From Eledone cirrhosa (taxonomy: Eukaryota): DNA of 64,000 nt. Each line of letters begins with the position of its first letter. Positions within the stretch are counted from its first letter, which is position 1. The position numbers and the translations under genes were made by a program. The notes under the pieces are model-generated. The model was given only the letters and a program-made list of their open reading frames with translations, had not been told where the DNA came from and searched no databases. The DNA is taken from contig OZ024755.1 of assembly GCA_964016885.1 (NCBI GenBank), positions 28,644,001 to 28,708,000 of the forward strand. The letters run 5' to 3'. Below, piece by piece: positions 51,929 through 64,000 of the stretch.

Positions 51929-53095
51929 GAAGTACCAACCAGCGTCTATAAGATAAAGTACCAGCCAGCGTCTATAAGATGAAGTACCAACCAGCGTCTA
52001 TAAGATGAAGTACCAGCCAGCAACTATAAGATAAATTACCAGCCAGCGTCTATAAGATAAAGTACCAGCCAGCGTCTATAAGATGAAGTACCAGCCAGCG
52101 TCTATAAGATGAAGTACCAGCCAGCGTCTATAAGATGAAGTACCAGCCAGCGTCTATAAGATAAAGTACCAGCCAGCGTCTATAAGATAAAGTACCAACC
52201 AGCGTCTATAAGATAAAGTACCAACCAGCGTCTATAAGATGAAATACCAGCCAGCGTCTATAAGATAAAGTACCAGCCAGCGTCTATAAGATGAAGTAAC
52301 AACCAGCGTCTAAAAGATGAAGTACCAGCCAGCGTCTATAAGATAAAGTACCAACCAGAGTCTATAAGATAAAGTACCAGCCAGCGTCTATAAGATAAAG
52401 TACCAGCCAGCGTCTATAAGATGAAGTAACAACCAGAGTCTATAAGATAAAGTACCAGCCAGCGTCTATAAGATAAAGTACCAGCCAGCCTCTATAAGAT
52501 GAAGTAACAACCAGAGTCTATAAGATAAAGTACCAACCAGCGTCTATAAGATAAAGTACCAGCCAGCGTCTAAAAGATGAAGTACCAGCCAGAGTCTATA
52601 AGATAAAGTACCAACCAGAGTCTATAAGATAAAGTACCAGCCAGCGTCTATAAGATGAAGTAACAACCAGCGTCTATAAGATAAAGTACCAGCCAGCGTC
52701 TATAAGATAAAGTACCAGCCAGCGTCTATAAGATAAAGTACCAACCAGCGTCTATAAGATAAAGTACCAGCCAGCGTCTATAAGATGAAGTAACAACCAG
52801 AGTCTATAAGATAAAGTACCAGCCAGCTTCTATAAGATGAAGTACCAGCCAGCGTCTATAGGATGAAGTACCAACCAGCGTCTATAAGATAAAGTACCAG
52901 CCAGCGTCTATAAGGTAAAGTACCAGCCAGCGTCTAAAAGATGAAGTACCAACCAGCGTCTATAAGATAAAGTACCAGCCAGCGTCTATAAGATAAAGTA
53001 CCAACCAGCGTCTATAAGATAAAGTACCAGCCAGCGTCTATAAGATAAAGTACCAGCCAGCGTCTAAAAGATGAAGTACCAACCAGCGTCTAAAA
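51929..53095. repeat. 26-bp minisatellite, ~45 copies
   Basis: Unit AT(A/G)AAGTACCAGCCAGCGTCTATAAG. Confidence 0.97.
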
Positions 53096-53882
53096 TGGTC
53101 TACCTTGTGTCTAATTTAGAAATCATTATTCCGCACTAATTATAACGACATACAAATTTAAACTTCAATGTAAAATTTGTCCATAATAAATACTTCGTTA
53201 TTTCAGCTGCATTGGTAAGTAAGGTATTGCAGTTTTGCACATATATTAATACATTGAAAGAAATCGTATAGGCATTCGACATTTCTTTATATGTACCTTT
53301 ATACTAATGTAAAATGCATTAATGTTAGTGAAGTCCATTCTCGAGGAGAAGATACTTTCTCACAAAGTAGCATTGTTAACATTCTTAGATTGAACAAGAA
53401 TTTACACCTCAGAATATATGCGAATAAATTAGATTAAGTCCAATACATGTAACCTTCTTTAATTGTATTTTACTTTGGGCATGAATATCGTTTCAAAACA
53501 GACTATTGTCCATTACAAACAAATGATGTCATTCTTCTATAGAGTGTGTCAATAAACCTAAAGACTAAACAATTCTATGCTTTCGAAATAGTGTAGGCGG
53601 TATGATTTCGTCTAGAGAGGGAACGACATATTTTTTGTGCGAGTGCAGTCCTTTCATCTTAGTTTGTTTGACGTCAACAATATAACACATTCAACAAATA
53701 TTTAATACTCCATGAATGAATAAGTAAGAAATAATATATACGTATACATAACACGATGAATATGGATGTCAATTGTTATCTTTAAACATTAGTGTTATCA
53801 TTCATGAGGGGATTGTTTCTTTTGTCTTTTGACACAGCGTCAATAGATTTGTACTAATGAAATGCCTCATTACTGCCACAAA

Positions 53883-54237
53883 GGAACGATCGACTTTCGT
53901 CAAATCGGACCGAGGAAACAATGATTTCGTTGGTCTTTCCAATTGCTAATACTATCTATCGGTCGCAACTCCAGGTAGCAGGAGCAACATGAAATAAAGT
54001 GTCATAACGCATCTCCCGATGAAGGCGTGTGGCTGATTAGTTAGAGAACTGGATTCGCAATCGCGAGGTTGTCATTTCGATTCCTGGACCGGGCGATGCG
54101 TTATGTCTTCGAGCAAGACACTTTATTTCACGTTGCTCCTTCGACCTGGAGTTGCGACCGACAGATAGTATTAGCAATTGAAAAGACCAATGGAAACATT
54201 GTATCCTTGGTCCGATTTGACGAAAGTCGATCAACCT
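53883..54237. mobile_element. Head-to-head pair of SINE family B copies inside one 13-bp TSD
   Basis: Plus-strand copy 54024-54237 (A box TGGCTGATTAG, B-box-like TTCGATTCC, GAGCAAGACACTTTATTTCAC core); inverted partial copy 53883-54018; TTACTGCCACAAA at 53870-82 and 54238-50. Confidence 0.8.
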
Positions 54238-54900
54238 TTACTGCCACAAATTATATGAAATTGCATTGACTGGGAACCAAAACTTAACGCATATTTTGTT
54301 CGGTAGGGTCTAACAAGATAATTTCCCTCAACACATTATGAAAATTAATTCTATCAAAGAATTTAGAAATATATTTTCATAGTATTCGGTGTTTTGTGAA
54401 TGGGGCAGAATCGTCAGTGTCGGGGGTCAATATATTGTTTTATTTGCTTTTGTTTATTTAGTTCCGACATGTCTCGTTCAAATAACGTTTGTTCTTTCTC
54501 CTCCTGGTGACTTATTGAAACTGGATTATGACTAAAGATATTGACAATCGAAGTAATTCTAACTGCTAGCACTTTGCTTATAGTAGTAACTGTTCTGTTG
54601 TTAATAAGGGTCGTCACAAGTATAATAATACACTGTTGTGACCGAACACGGAGGATCCGAACTCCCCACCGTCATCGCCCCTATCTCTCTCGCTCTCCGC
54701 ATCTCTCTGTATAGTGAGCAAATGGGGTCCCACGTGCTGGGCGCCCCACAACGCCGGTGGACAGAATGGAGAAGGCGATTCCCCTTAGGATGCTAAGGGA
54801 GATGCGCTGGTGACTAGGAATCAATTACTAAACAATAAAATGCTTGAAGACGCTGATCTAGCGGGGTCATTGTTAAGTCAACGGACCCTACACGGTAATG

Positions 54901-55073
54901 CAGCGAAATTTTGTTATAACGATATTCACAGGATATAAAAAAGTTCGTTATAACGAAAATTTCTTTATAAACAGATCGAGCTAACACATCAAGCGTGTGG
55001 CCAGGAACTGAAAAAAATTCATTATACTGAAAAATTCGTTATAATGGTATTCGTTATAACGGAATTTTACCTG
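54901..55073. mobile_element. Tigger/pogo-like (Tc1-mariner) MITE
   Basis: CAGCGAAATTTTGTTATAACGA ... TTCGTTATAACGGAATTTTACCTG followed by TA; internal TTCGTTATA repeats. Confidence 0.7.
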
Positions 55074-56231
55074 TAGTTCGTTACATAGGCAGAAACTAGA
55101 GATTTGTTTAGGAAGGTTTCATCAAAGCCGATGGATTTGGAGCTCAGAGCGCAAGGATAAGTGGCTAAATAACGCTTTCGATTTTGTCTGACCCTCTAAC
55201 GGTTTTGTCATGCACTCCTCAAATAATCCTATGTAACTATTAAGATATTGAGGTCTTGTAGATAGTCTACAGAAGTACGTAAATATTGATGATACTTTTA
55301 AATTGGTTAAGTAGTTTGAGAGTATGTGTATATTCCCAAAGGCATTATGATGAAAGCTTGCCGTTACAAAGTAAAAATAAAAATACGAGTTCTTTTTTTT
55401 TTTTTTTACTAACGTCTGCATCTAATGATACACAACCATAGTCATTGAATGATATATATTAACACAGTAACGAGATAGTTAATTATGAAATCAAGAGGAA
55501 ATGAAGTTTACAACGTATACAAAGTAGAACATTTTAGTAAAAAACAAACCACTGGAATAATCATTATCCAAACACACGATTAAATAAGGAACATGAAAAC
55601 TACTGCAATACTCATTATCTTAACACACGATTAAGAGAAGAACATGGAAACAAAAATACAACAAAATATATATTGTTGTAGGAATATATTTCTGCAATAT
55701 TTTTCTGCAATATTAACAAATATCTATGAAAGAAAAACGAAATAATTATGAAATAAGATGAAGAATATATAAAGAATAGAGGACTAAAAATATTAGCTAG
55801 TCATGTTTAGTAGAATATGGCACGTATCCATTACACATTTCTTAATATTTAAGGATTAACAAATTTTGTGATTTAATTTCCACAACGTGTTTTACATTCT
55901 TCCCTTTCTTCTTCTTCTCGACATTAGAAAGAAAGAAAGAAACTGACAAACACACACTCATATGTACTCTCACATATATTCTCAATCACATACACAGAAA
56001 CATACACACATGCATATGCATACGCGCACCCTCCCACACACGCATTCTCACACATATACACATTCCCATACATACACATACATATATATATAAATATATA
56101 CATACACATATATATACATATATATATATATATATACATATATATATACACACACATATATACATATACACACACATATATATATATACGCACACACATA
56201 TATATATACATACACACACATTATTTATATA

Positions 56232-56670
56232 AGCTATACCAAAGCTATACCAAAGCTATACCAAAGCAATCTTATAAATCTCCCTTAAACTATACCAAAC
56301 CAATCTTATAAATCTCCCTTAAACTCTACCAAAGCATTCTTATAAATCTCCCTTAAACTATACCAAACCAATCTTATAAATCTTCCTTAAACTATACCAA
56401 ACCAATCTTATAAATCTTCCTTAAACTATACCAAACCAATCTTATAAATCTTCCTTAAACTATACCAAACCAATCTTATAAATCTCCCTTAAACTATACC
56501 AAACCAATCTTATAATCTCTCTTAAACTATACCAAACCAATCTTAAAATCTCTCTTAAACTATACCAAATCAATCTTATAAATCTCCCTTAAACTATACA
56601 AAACCAATCTTATAAATATCCCTTAAACTATACCAAACCAATCTTATAAATATCTCTTAAACTATACAAA
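56232..56670. repeat. 34-bp minisatellite, ~12 copies
   Basis: Unit AAACTATACCAAACCAATCTTATAAATCTCCCTT. Confidence 0.95.
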
Positions 56671-56719
56671 ATAAATCACCTCAGATAAAGTTTCTATTGA
56701 CATATTTTTGCGTTATCAA

Positions 56720-56910
56720 ATAATAATTGTTTCTACATATTGCACAAGGTAGCAATTACCCCAGTGTATTACTGGTACTTTATTTTATCGACCCCGTAAG
56801 GATGAAAGGCAAAGATAACCTCGGCGGGATTTGAACTCAGAACATAAAGGGCCGTAACTATATGCTGCAAAGCATGGCGTCAGACCCTCTACCGATACTG
56901 CCAATCCACA
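56720..56910 (-). mobile_element. SINE family A
   Basis: Full consensus. Confidence 0.9.
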
Positions 56911-57146
56911 GATAATAATAATCCAGCTCCCATGAATCTTTCCAGGGCACACGAATCTCGAATGGAATCAGTAAATTATACGTTGAGAAGATACCTGTAC
57001 TTATAAATACTAATAGGGAATTTTCTGATAAAAGCAGTTAATTGTAAATTATTAATTAACAAACCAGCATTTCTGCTGGGTTATAGGAGCAATTGAAAGC
57101 GAAAGTATTTCCACAGACTATCAAATCTCTCTAAGAATTACCTTAA

Positions 57147-57367
57147 CCTTTTAGAATTTACATTACTCTATATATACTATTATATTTTCATAGTAAATGC
57201 TTTACCTCACATAATTATTTCACATAATATTGAATCTATGAGATTTTGATACTATTTATTTGAAGAACAATACCTTAACATCAGTATGAGTGGCCTGTTA
57301 CAGCTGGTTTGAACAGAAAGAGGTGAGAGAATTCTGTCCGGATATGCTCGGTTTGAATGCTAAAGGG
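57147..57367. mobile_element. piggyBac-like MITE
   Basis: TTAA-CCTTTTAGAATTTA ... TGAATGCTAAAGGG-TTAA; TTAA TSD and imperfect TIRs. Confidence 0.65.
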
Positions 57368-57584
57368 TTAAGTGTAACTGTGTCAGAAAAATCCTCAGCC
57401 ACTTATACTTTAATTCATGAGAAGTCTAGTTTGTTGTTCGATCAACCGGAACACTCATATTGAAACCGGTGGAAATCAATTCCTATTTTGATTCATATCT
57501 TGATGTGGGAATATATAGGCGGAGAAATGGCTTTGTGGTTAAAGTGTTCTCTTCACAGGTATTTAGTTTTATGTTTACGCCCAT

Positions 57585-57772
57585 TTGGATTGGCAGTATC
57601 GGTAGAGGGTCGTACGCCATACTTTGCACCAAAGAGTTACGGCCTTTTATGATCTAAGTTAAAATCCCGCCGAGGTTAACTTTGCCTTTCATCCTTACGG
57701 GGTCGATAAAATAAAGTACCAGTAATACACTATGATAATTACTGGCCTTGTGCCAAAAGTAGAAACAATTAT
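57585..57772 (+). mobile_element. SINE family A
   Basis: Full consensus. Confidence 0.88.
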
Positions 57773-58917
57773 TTGACAGCTTTGGCAAGTGCCTTCTAAT
57801 ATAGCCGCAGGTTGACTAAAACATTTTGTAAGAAATATGTATTCGCGTGTGTTTTTGCGTGGGAGGGTGCAAGAATATATCTGTTTTTACTACTTGCAAA
57901 TTACCTTTACCCATTTTTTCCCTTTCGATTACTTAATATAAAACCTATCATTTGTATCAACTGCTGTGAATGAAGCCCCTCAAAGCATTCAGAAGTCACA
58001 TTAACAGACATCTTTATTCTTTCATATATATTTCATTCTTTTGATGTTCTTTCCTATATCCATTTATTCCAATAAATACGAGTTGCATCTAGAATTTATT
58101 GAATATTGAATCATCGTGAATTCCAGTAAATTCCAGTTAACTTTGATAACAATGAATCTTTTGAATTACGGCTCACGATAGCATTTTTGTGATACATTTC
58201 AAGATATTTTACATGCTTCTGAATAGGGTATTTTTTCTGTATGCTACTGTTATTTTTTTATTTATATACACTTTATAATGGGTTTTGGTTATAGGTTTTT
58301 TTAGTTATATATTTACATTTTGATTTGCAGCTGTTATCATGCCATATTTCTGTGTACACAGTTGCATGTGACTGTCATGCTAAGATTTAGAATCTCTGGA
58401 GGTTTTACAGAAATTCTAGCAAGTAGAGAAAAGACAAGGAATCAAAGATGCATACATAAAGACAAATATACATGTTCACATACATACACATAACCAAAGG
58501 CGAGGAAACACTCATAGAAAATATAAGGGCATATGTGTACACATGTATAGATGTAACATATTCATAATAACATCTTAACACAAACGTATCGATATACTAA
58601 ATCATTGCGGAAAAAAGAAATTCAAAAAAATGTGATGTCAATATAAAATCTCAAATCTATATGTATGGAAAAAATGTTTTCTTGCCGACTATGCATAGTG
58701 TCGTCCTTCATTAGACTCTTTTTCATTCCTTCAACGACACAATGAAATATAATGGAACCTGCCAACCACAGAGACGTAGAATAAAATTTATATTATGTAC
58801 ATCAAGTAATTGTATTCGGTTAAGTCAATAGATCTTTCTATATATCAATCTGTCTACAAGTCTGTGTCTTTCAATCGACATATATACACCCACACACTTG
58901 ACTAGAAGATTCATTGC

Positions 58918-59319
<402 letters not shown>

Positions 59320-59524
59320 CGGATAAACGTTGTGTTTGATTTTACAAATGTTGAGGTCGAGAGGGCAATTATTATTGACAAGTTATAAAACGAACGTTAA
59401 GTAATTCACAGCAGTATAGGTTCTAAGTATTTACATGCATAAATCCACACTTACACACACATATACACACATATACACTTACATATGCGCACATATACAT
59501 ACATACATATATACATGCATACAT

Positions 59525-59987
59525 AGGAGAATATTTATGCAGAACTGATGAGAAATCTGCAGATACTCCACCCTGATTACACCTTCAGATTTATGCTTGT
59601 GATTGTTGGGGCACTGGGATATGTTAGTAACTGCCTCAATGCAAATCTTGAGAATCTAGGCTTCACAGGAACAGAAAGAACACAACTAGTTAGGAAATTA
59701 CAAGTACAATCCATTAATGGAACAGTAAAAATATGTAAAACATTCCAAAAATGTTGCATCTAATAACTGCATATACACATGTACAGATACAAAGCATATA
59801 CACATGCACAAATACAACTCAAAACATACACATCCACACATACAATAACATCCATATCTACACATGCATACATACATATCTACCTAGTTGATGTTGTGTA
59901 AATTCCAATGAGAGAGTCTTGTGTCTATGTTAGAAACCGACTCTCTCTCTATTGGTAAAACTTTGTGAGATTGTAAAACCAGAAGAA
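59525..59987 (+). mobile_element. Dong/R4-like non-LTR retrotransposon 3' fragment
   Basis: ENIYAELMRNLQILHPDYTFRFMLVIVGALGYVSNCL...KLQVQSINGTVKICKTF: Y--L...GALG...Q---G---I RLE C-terminus; CATA-type repeats on both flanks. Confidence 0.72.
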
Positions 59988-60005
59988 CATACATACATAC
60001 ATACA

Positions 60006-60039
<34 letters not shown>

Positions 60040-60043
<4 letters not shown>

Positions 60044-60255
60044 TATTTCTACTCTTTGGCACAAGGCTAGCAATTATCACAGTGCATTACTGGTACTTTA
60101 TTTTATCGTCCCCGTAAGGATCAAAGGCAAAGTTAACCCCGGCGGGATTTGAACTCAGACCATAAAGGGCCATAACTCTTTGCTGCAAAATATATATAAT
60201 GCCATGTTATTATTTCTGGCAATATTATTACAACAATATGACCCTCCCCAAGTAT

Positions 60256-60305
<50 letters not shown>

Positions 60306-60568
60306 TAACATGGCATTATATATATATATTTTGCAGCAAAGAGTTACGGCCCTTTATGGTCTGAGTTCAAACCCTTCACCTATACCAATGGTCAAAGAAT
60401 AATTGTTCCACATCGCAGCACTCATTACCCCCACTCCCTCCCCTCTCTACTATCACATTAACCGCCGAGGTCAACTTTGCCTTTCATCCTTACGGGGTTG
60501 ATAAAATAAAGTACCAGTAATGTACTGGTTAATTGCTGGCCTTGTGCCAAAAGTAGAAACAATTATTA
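60040..60568. mobile_element. Rearranged SINE family A copies around a (TA)n tract
   Basis: Minus copy 60040-60190, inverted duplicate 60328-60371, plus-strand 3' half 60463-60568. Confidence 0.85.
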
Positions 60569-60733
60569 ATCGCAGAGAACATTTTTTAACCATATTAAAA
60601 GTATTCAATCTAAAGTAAATTCCACCTATTTCTCACTTTCAAAAACGTGAGATCGATGAGTTATGGAGTTCAATATTTGTCTCCAAAACAGGAAACGTAG
60701 GGGTAACCACAATGAAAAAACCGTAGCTTGAAT

Positions 60734-62895
60734 TATACTTGTATCTATAGATGTTTGTTTTTACTGGTCATATACACCCAGACACACATATATATACACC
60801 CAGACACATACACATATATACACCCAAACACATACACCTATATACACCTATATACTTGTATCTATAGATGTTTGTTTTTACTGGTGATATACACCCAGAC
60901 ACACATATATATACACCCAGACACATACACATATATACACCCAAACACATACACATATATACACCTATATACTTGTATCTCTAGATGTTTGTTTTTACTG
61001 GTCATATACACCCAGACACACATATATATATATACACCCAGACACATACACATATATACACCCAAACACATACACATATATACACCTATATACTTGTATC
61101 TCTAGATGTTTGTTTTTACTGGTCATATACACCCAGACACACATATATATACACCCAGACACATACACATATATACACCCAAACACATACACATATATAC
61201 ACCTATATACTTGTATCTCTAGATGTTTGTTTTTACTGGTCATATACACCCAGACACACATATATATATACACCCAGACACATACACATATATACACCCA
61301 AACACATACACATATATACACCTATATATTTGTATCTCTAGATGTTTGTTTTTACTGGTCATATACACCCAGACACACATATATATACACCCAGACACAT
61401 ACCCATATATACACCCAAACACATACACCTATATACACCTATATACTTGTATCTCTAGATGTTTGTTTTTACTGGTCATATACACCCAGACACACATATA
61501 TATACACCCAGACACATACACATATATACACCCAAACACATACACATATATACACCTATATACTTGTATCTCTAGATGTTTGTTTTTACTGGTCATATAC
61601 ACCCAGACACACATATATATATACACCCAGACACATACACATATATACACCCAAACACATACACATATATACACCTATATACTTGTATCTCTAGATGTTT
61701 GTTTTTACTGGTCATATACACCCAGACACACATATATATACACCCAGACACATACACATATATACACCCAAACACATACACCTATATACACCTATATACT
61801 TGTATCTCTAGATGTTTGTTTTTACTGGTCATATACACCCAGACACACATATATATACACCCAGACACATACACATATATACACCCAAACACATACACAT
61901 ATATACACCTATATACTTGTATCTCTAGATGTTTGTTTTTACTGGTCATATACACCCAGACACACATATATATATACACCCAGACACATACACATATATA
62001 CACCCAAACACATACACCTATATACACCTATATACTTGTATCTATAGATGTTTGTTTTTACTGGTCATATACACCCAGACACACATATATATACACCCAG
62101 ACACATACACATATATACACCCAAACACATACACATATATACACCTATATACTTGTATCTCTAGATGTTTGTTTTTACTGGTCATATACACCCAGACACA
62201 CATATATATATACACCCAGACACATACACATATATACACCCAAACACATACACCTATATACACCTATATACTTGTATCTATAGATGTTTGTTTTTACTGG
62301 TCATATACACCCAGACACACATATATATACACCCAGACACATACACATATATACACCCAAACACATACACATATATACACCTATATACTTGTATCTCTAG
62401 ATGTTTGTTTTTACTGGTCATATACACCCAGACACACATATATATATACACCCAGACACATACACATATATACACCCAAACACATACACCTATATACACC
62501 TATATACTTGTATCTCTAGATGTTTGTTTTTACTGGTCATATACACCCAGACACACACATATATATATACACCCAGACACATACACATATATACACCCAA
62601 ACACATACACATATATACACCTATATACTTGTATCTCTAGATGTTTGTTTTTACTGGTCATATACACCCAGACACACATATATATACACCCAGACACATA
62701 CACATATATACACCCAAACACATACACATATATACACCTATATACTTGTATCTCTAGATGTTTGTTTTTACTGGTCATATACACCCAGACACACATATAT
62801 ATATACACCCAGACACATACACATATATACACCCAAACACATACACCTATATACACCTATATACTTGTATCTCTAGATGTTTGTTTTTACTGGTA
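60734..62895. repeat. 117-121-bp tandem repeat, ~18 copies
   Basis: Anchor CTTGTATCTCTAGATGTTTGTTTTTACTGGTCAT followed by ATATACACCCA(G/A)ACACA subrepeats. Confidence 0.97.
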
Positions 62896-64000
62896 TATAT
62901 CATCTTCGTTTTTGAAATAACGCTGCCTCTTTCTTTGTAACGGGCGGATGTTGTACTGAAAAAGTGAAAAAAATTACTAAAGTGAAATAAATCAATAGTT
63001 GATGACCTCCGATTTCTTGTTGTTGTCTATTAAGCCCATTCATTTTCAAGCTATATCAACTACCGACATGACAGCACATTTCTAACACAGTACATAAAGC
63101 AATATACTATGGTTCAATGAACACCGAGGTTTTTGTCTATAGTGTGACTGGCGAAATTATACTGTGAAAAAGATCTCTCCTATTTTGAAACATTTATAGT
63201 GACTTCCGTCGCCCTAATCCCTCTATCTGCTTTATGGGGTTGACGAGAGAGATGGAGGCGATAACAGTGGGAGTTAGATTCTTCTGTGTTCGGACCTGGT
63301 GTACAGCATGAGTTATCCGTACATTCTCGGCTGATAATAACGTCAGTTCATCGTACATAGGTCATATAAGGTGGTATCTTATCTGAATGTTTGTCTTGTT
63401 CTGTTGTAAGAAATTCGGAAAGTCATTTGTAGTCTTTAAAATCTGCTATGGGCTCTGTTAGGGGTAAACGTGTCCAAGAAACGCTGTATGTCACTACAGC
63501 CCCTCTACGACTCCACTTGGAATTACATGACCATACATGCATGAATGCATATGCGAGTATAATTTTGCCGTTTGTGTGTATATGAAGGTGTAAGCCTTTG
63601 TTAGTGGGTGTGTGCGTATGTGCCCCTCTCCCCCGCGTGTGTATGTATGTGTGTATGTTTGTATGTTTGTTCGTCAGTCTGTCCCTTTGTGCGTGTGTCT
63701 GTTTTCGCTGTCAGAATTACATACTATGTACAATTCCTGTTTCGATGTGGTAAGTTTTTGCCGTCAACGAATTTTATTTTAATATCTCAGCTGTAAAAGA
63801 TTGGTGTTACGAGAAGAGCATGCGTATGTGTCTGTCTATCCTAGGTTGTATGTTCAACAACTGTGGTGGTCTTGTATGTTGCTGTGATTTACCAATGCAA
63901 CATATGTGTATTTAGTAACCAGATCGGTTGATTTACCATATGTTGTTCCAGGTCTAAATAAATACCACGTTCTTCTGTTTAGGAGTTACATCGTTTCGTC

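Noticed and set aside
60728-62940. Repetitive ORFs, and CRISPR-like appearance of a constant anchor plus spacer
   Set aside because: The spacers are near-identical, unit length shifts frame and there are no cas genes; it is an ordinary tandem repeat.

Overview
Eukaryotic, AT-rich, repeat-saturated DNA that resembles an octopod (coleoid cephalopod) genome. This is inferred from the SINE types and the (TA)n/(CATA)n/(GT)n load. I find no intact, recognisable protein-coding gene; nearly all long ORFs in the track are microsatellite artefacts. The window holds about 30 copies or fragments of one ~190-bp tRNA-derived SINE (A/B boxes plus a Nin-like core), a second tRNA SINE, and 3' fragments of several LINE clades (RTE-like, CR1/L2-like, L1/Tx1-like, Dong/R4-like, CRE-like). 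It also holds a Penelope-like RT fragment, hAT, Tigger, piggyBac and Ginger-like MITEs, and many minisatellites, several of which arose inside retroelements. The most striking unannotated signal is about a dozen minimal type I hammerhead ribozyme motifs (CUGANGA...GAAA...UH with pairing stems) from at least six sequence families. They sit beside (TA)n tracts, often inside fold-back palindromes, which points to a Penelope-like pLTR/ribozyme system. Two of the palindromes fold back exactly at the putative ribozyme stem II. A decayed Thr/Ser-rich 42-bp repeat and some minus-strand exon-like stretches may be relics of a dead mucin-like gene (low confidence). All structures were folded by eye and coordinates may be off by a few bases.
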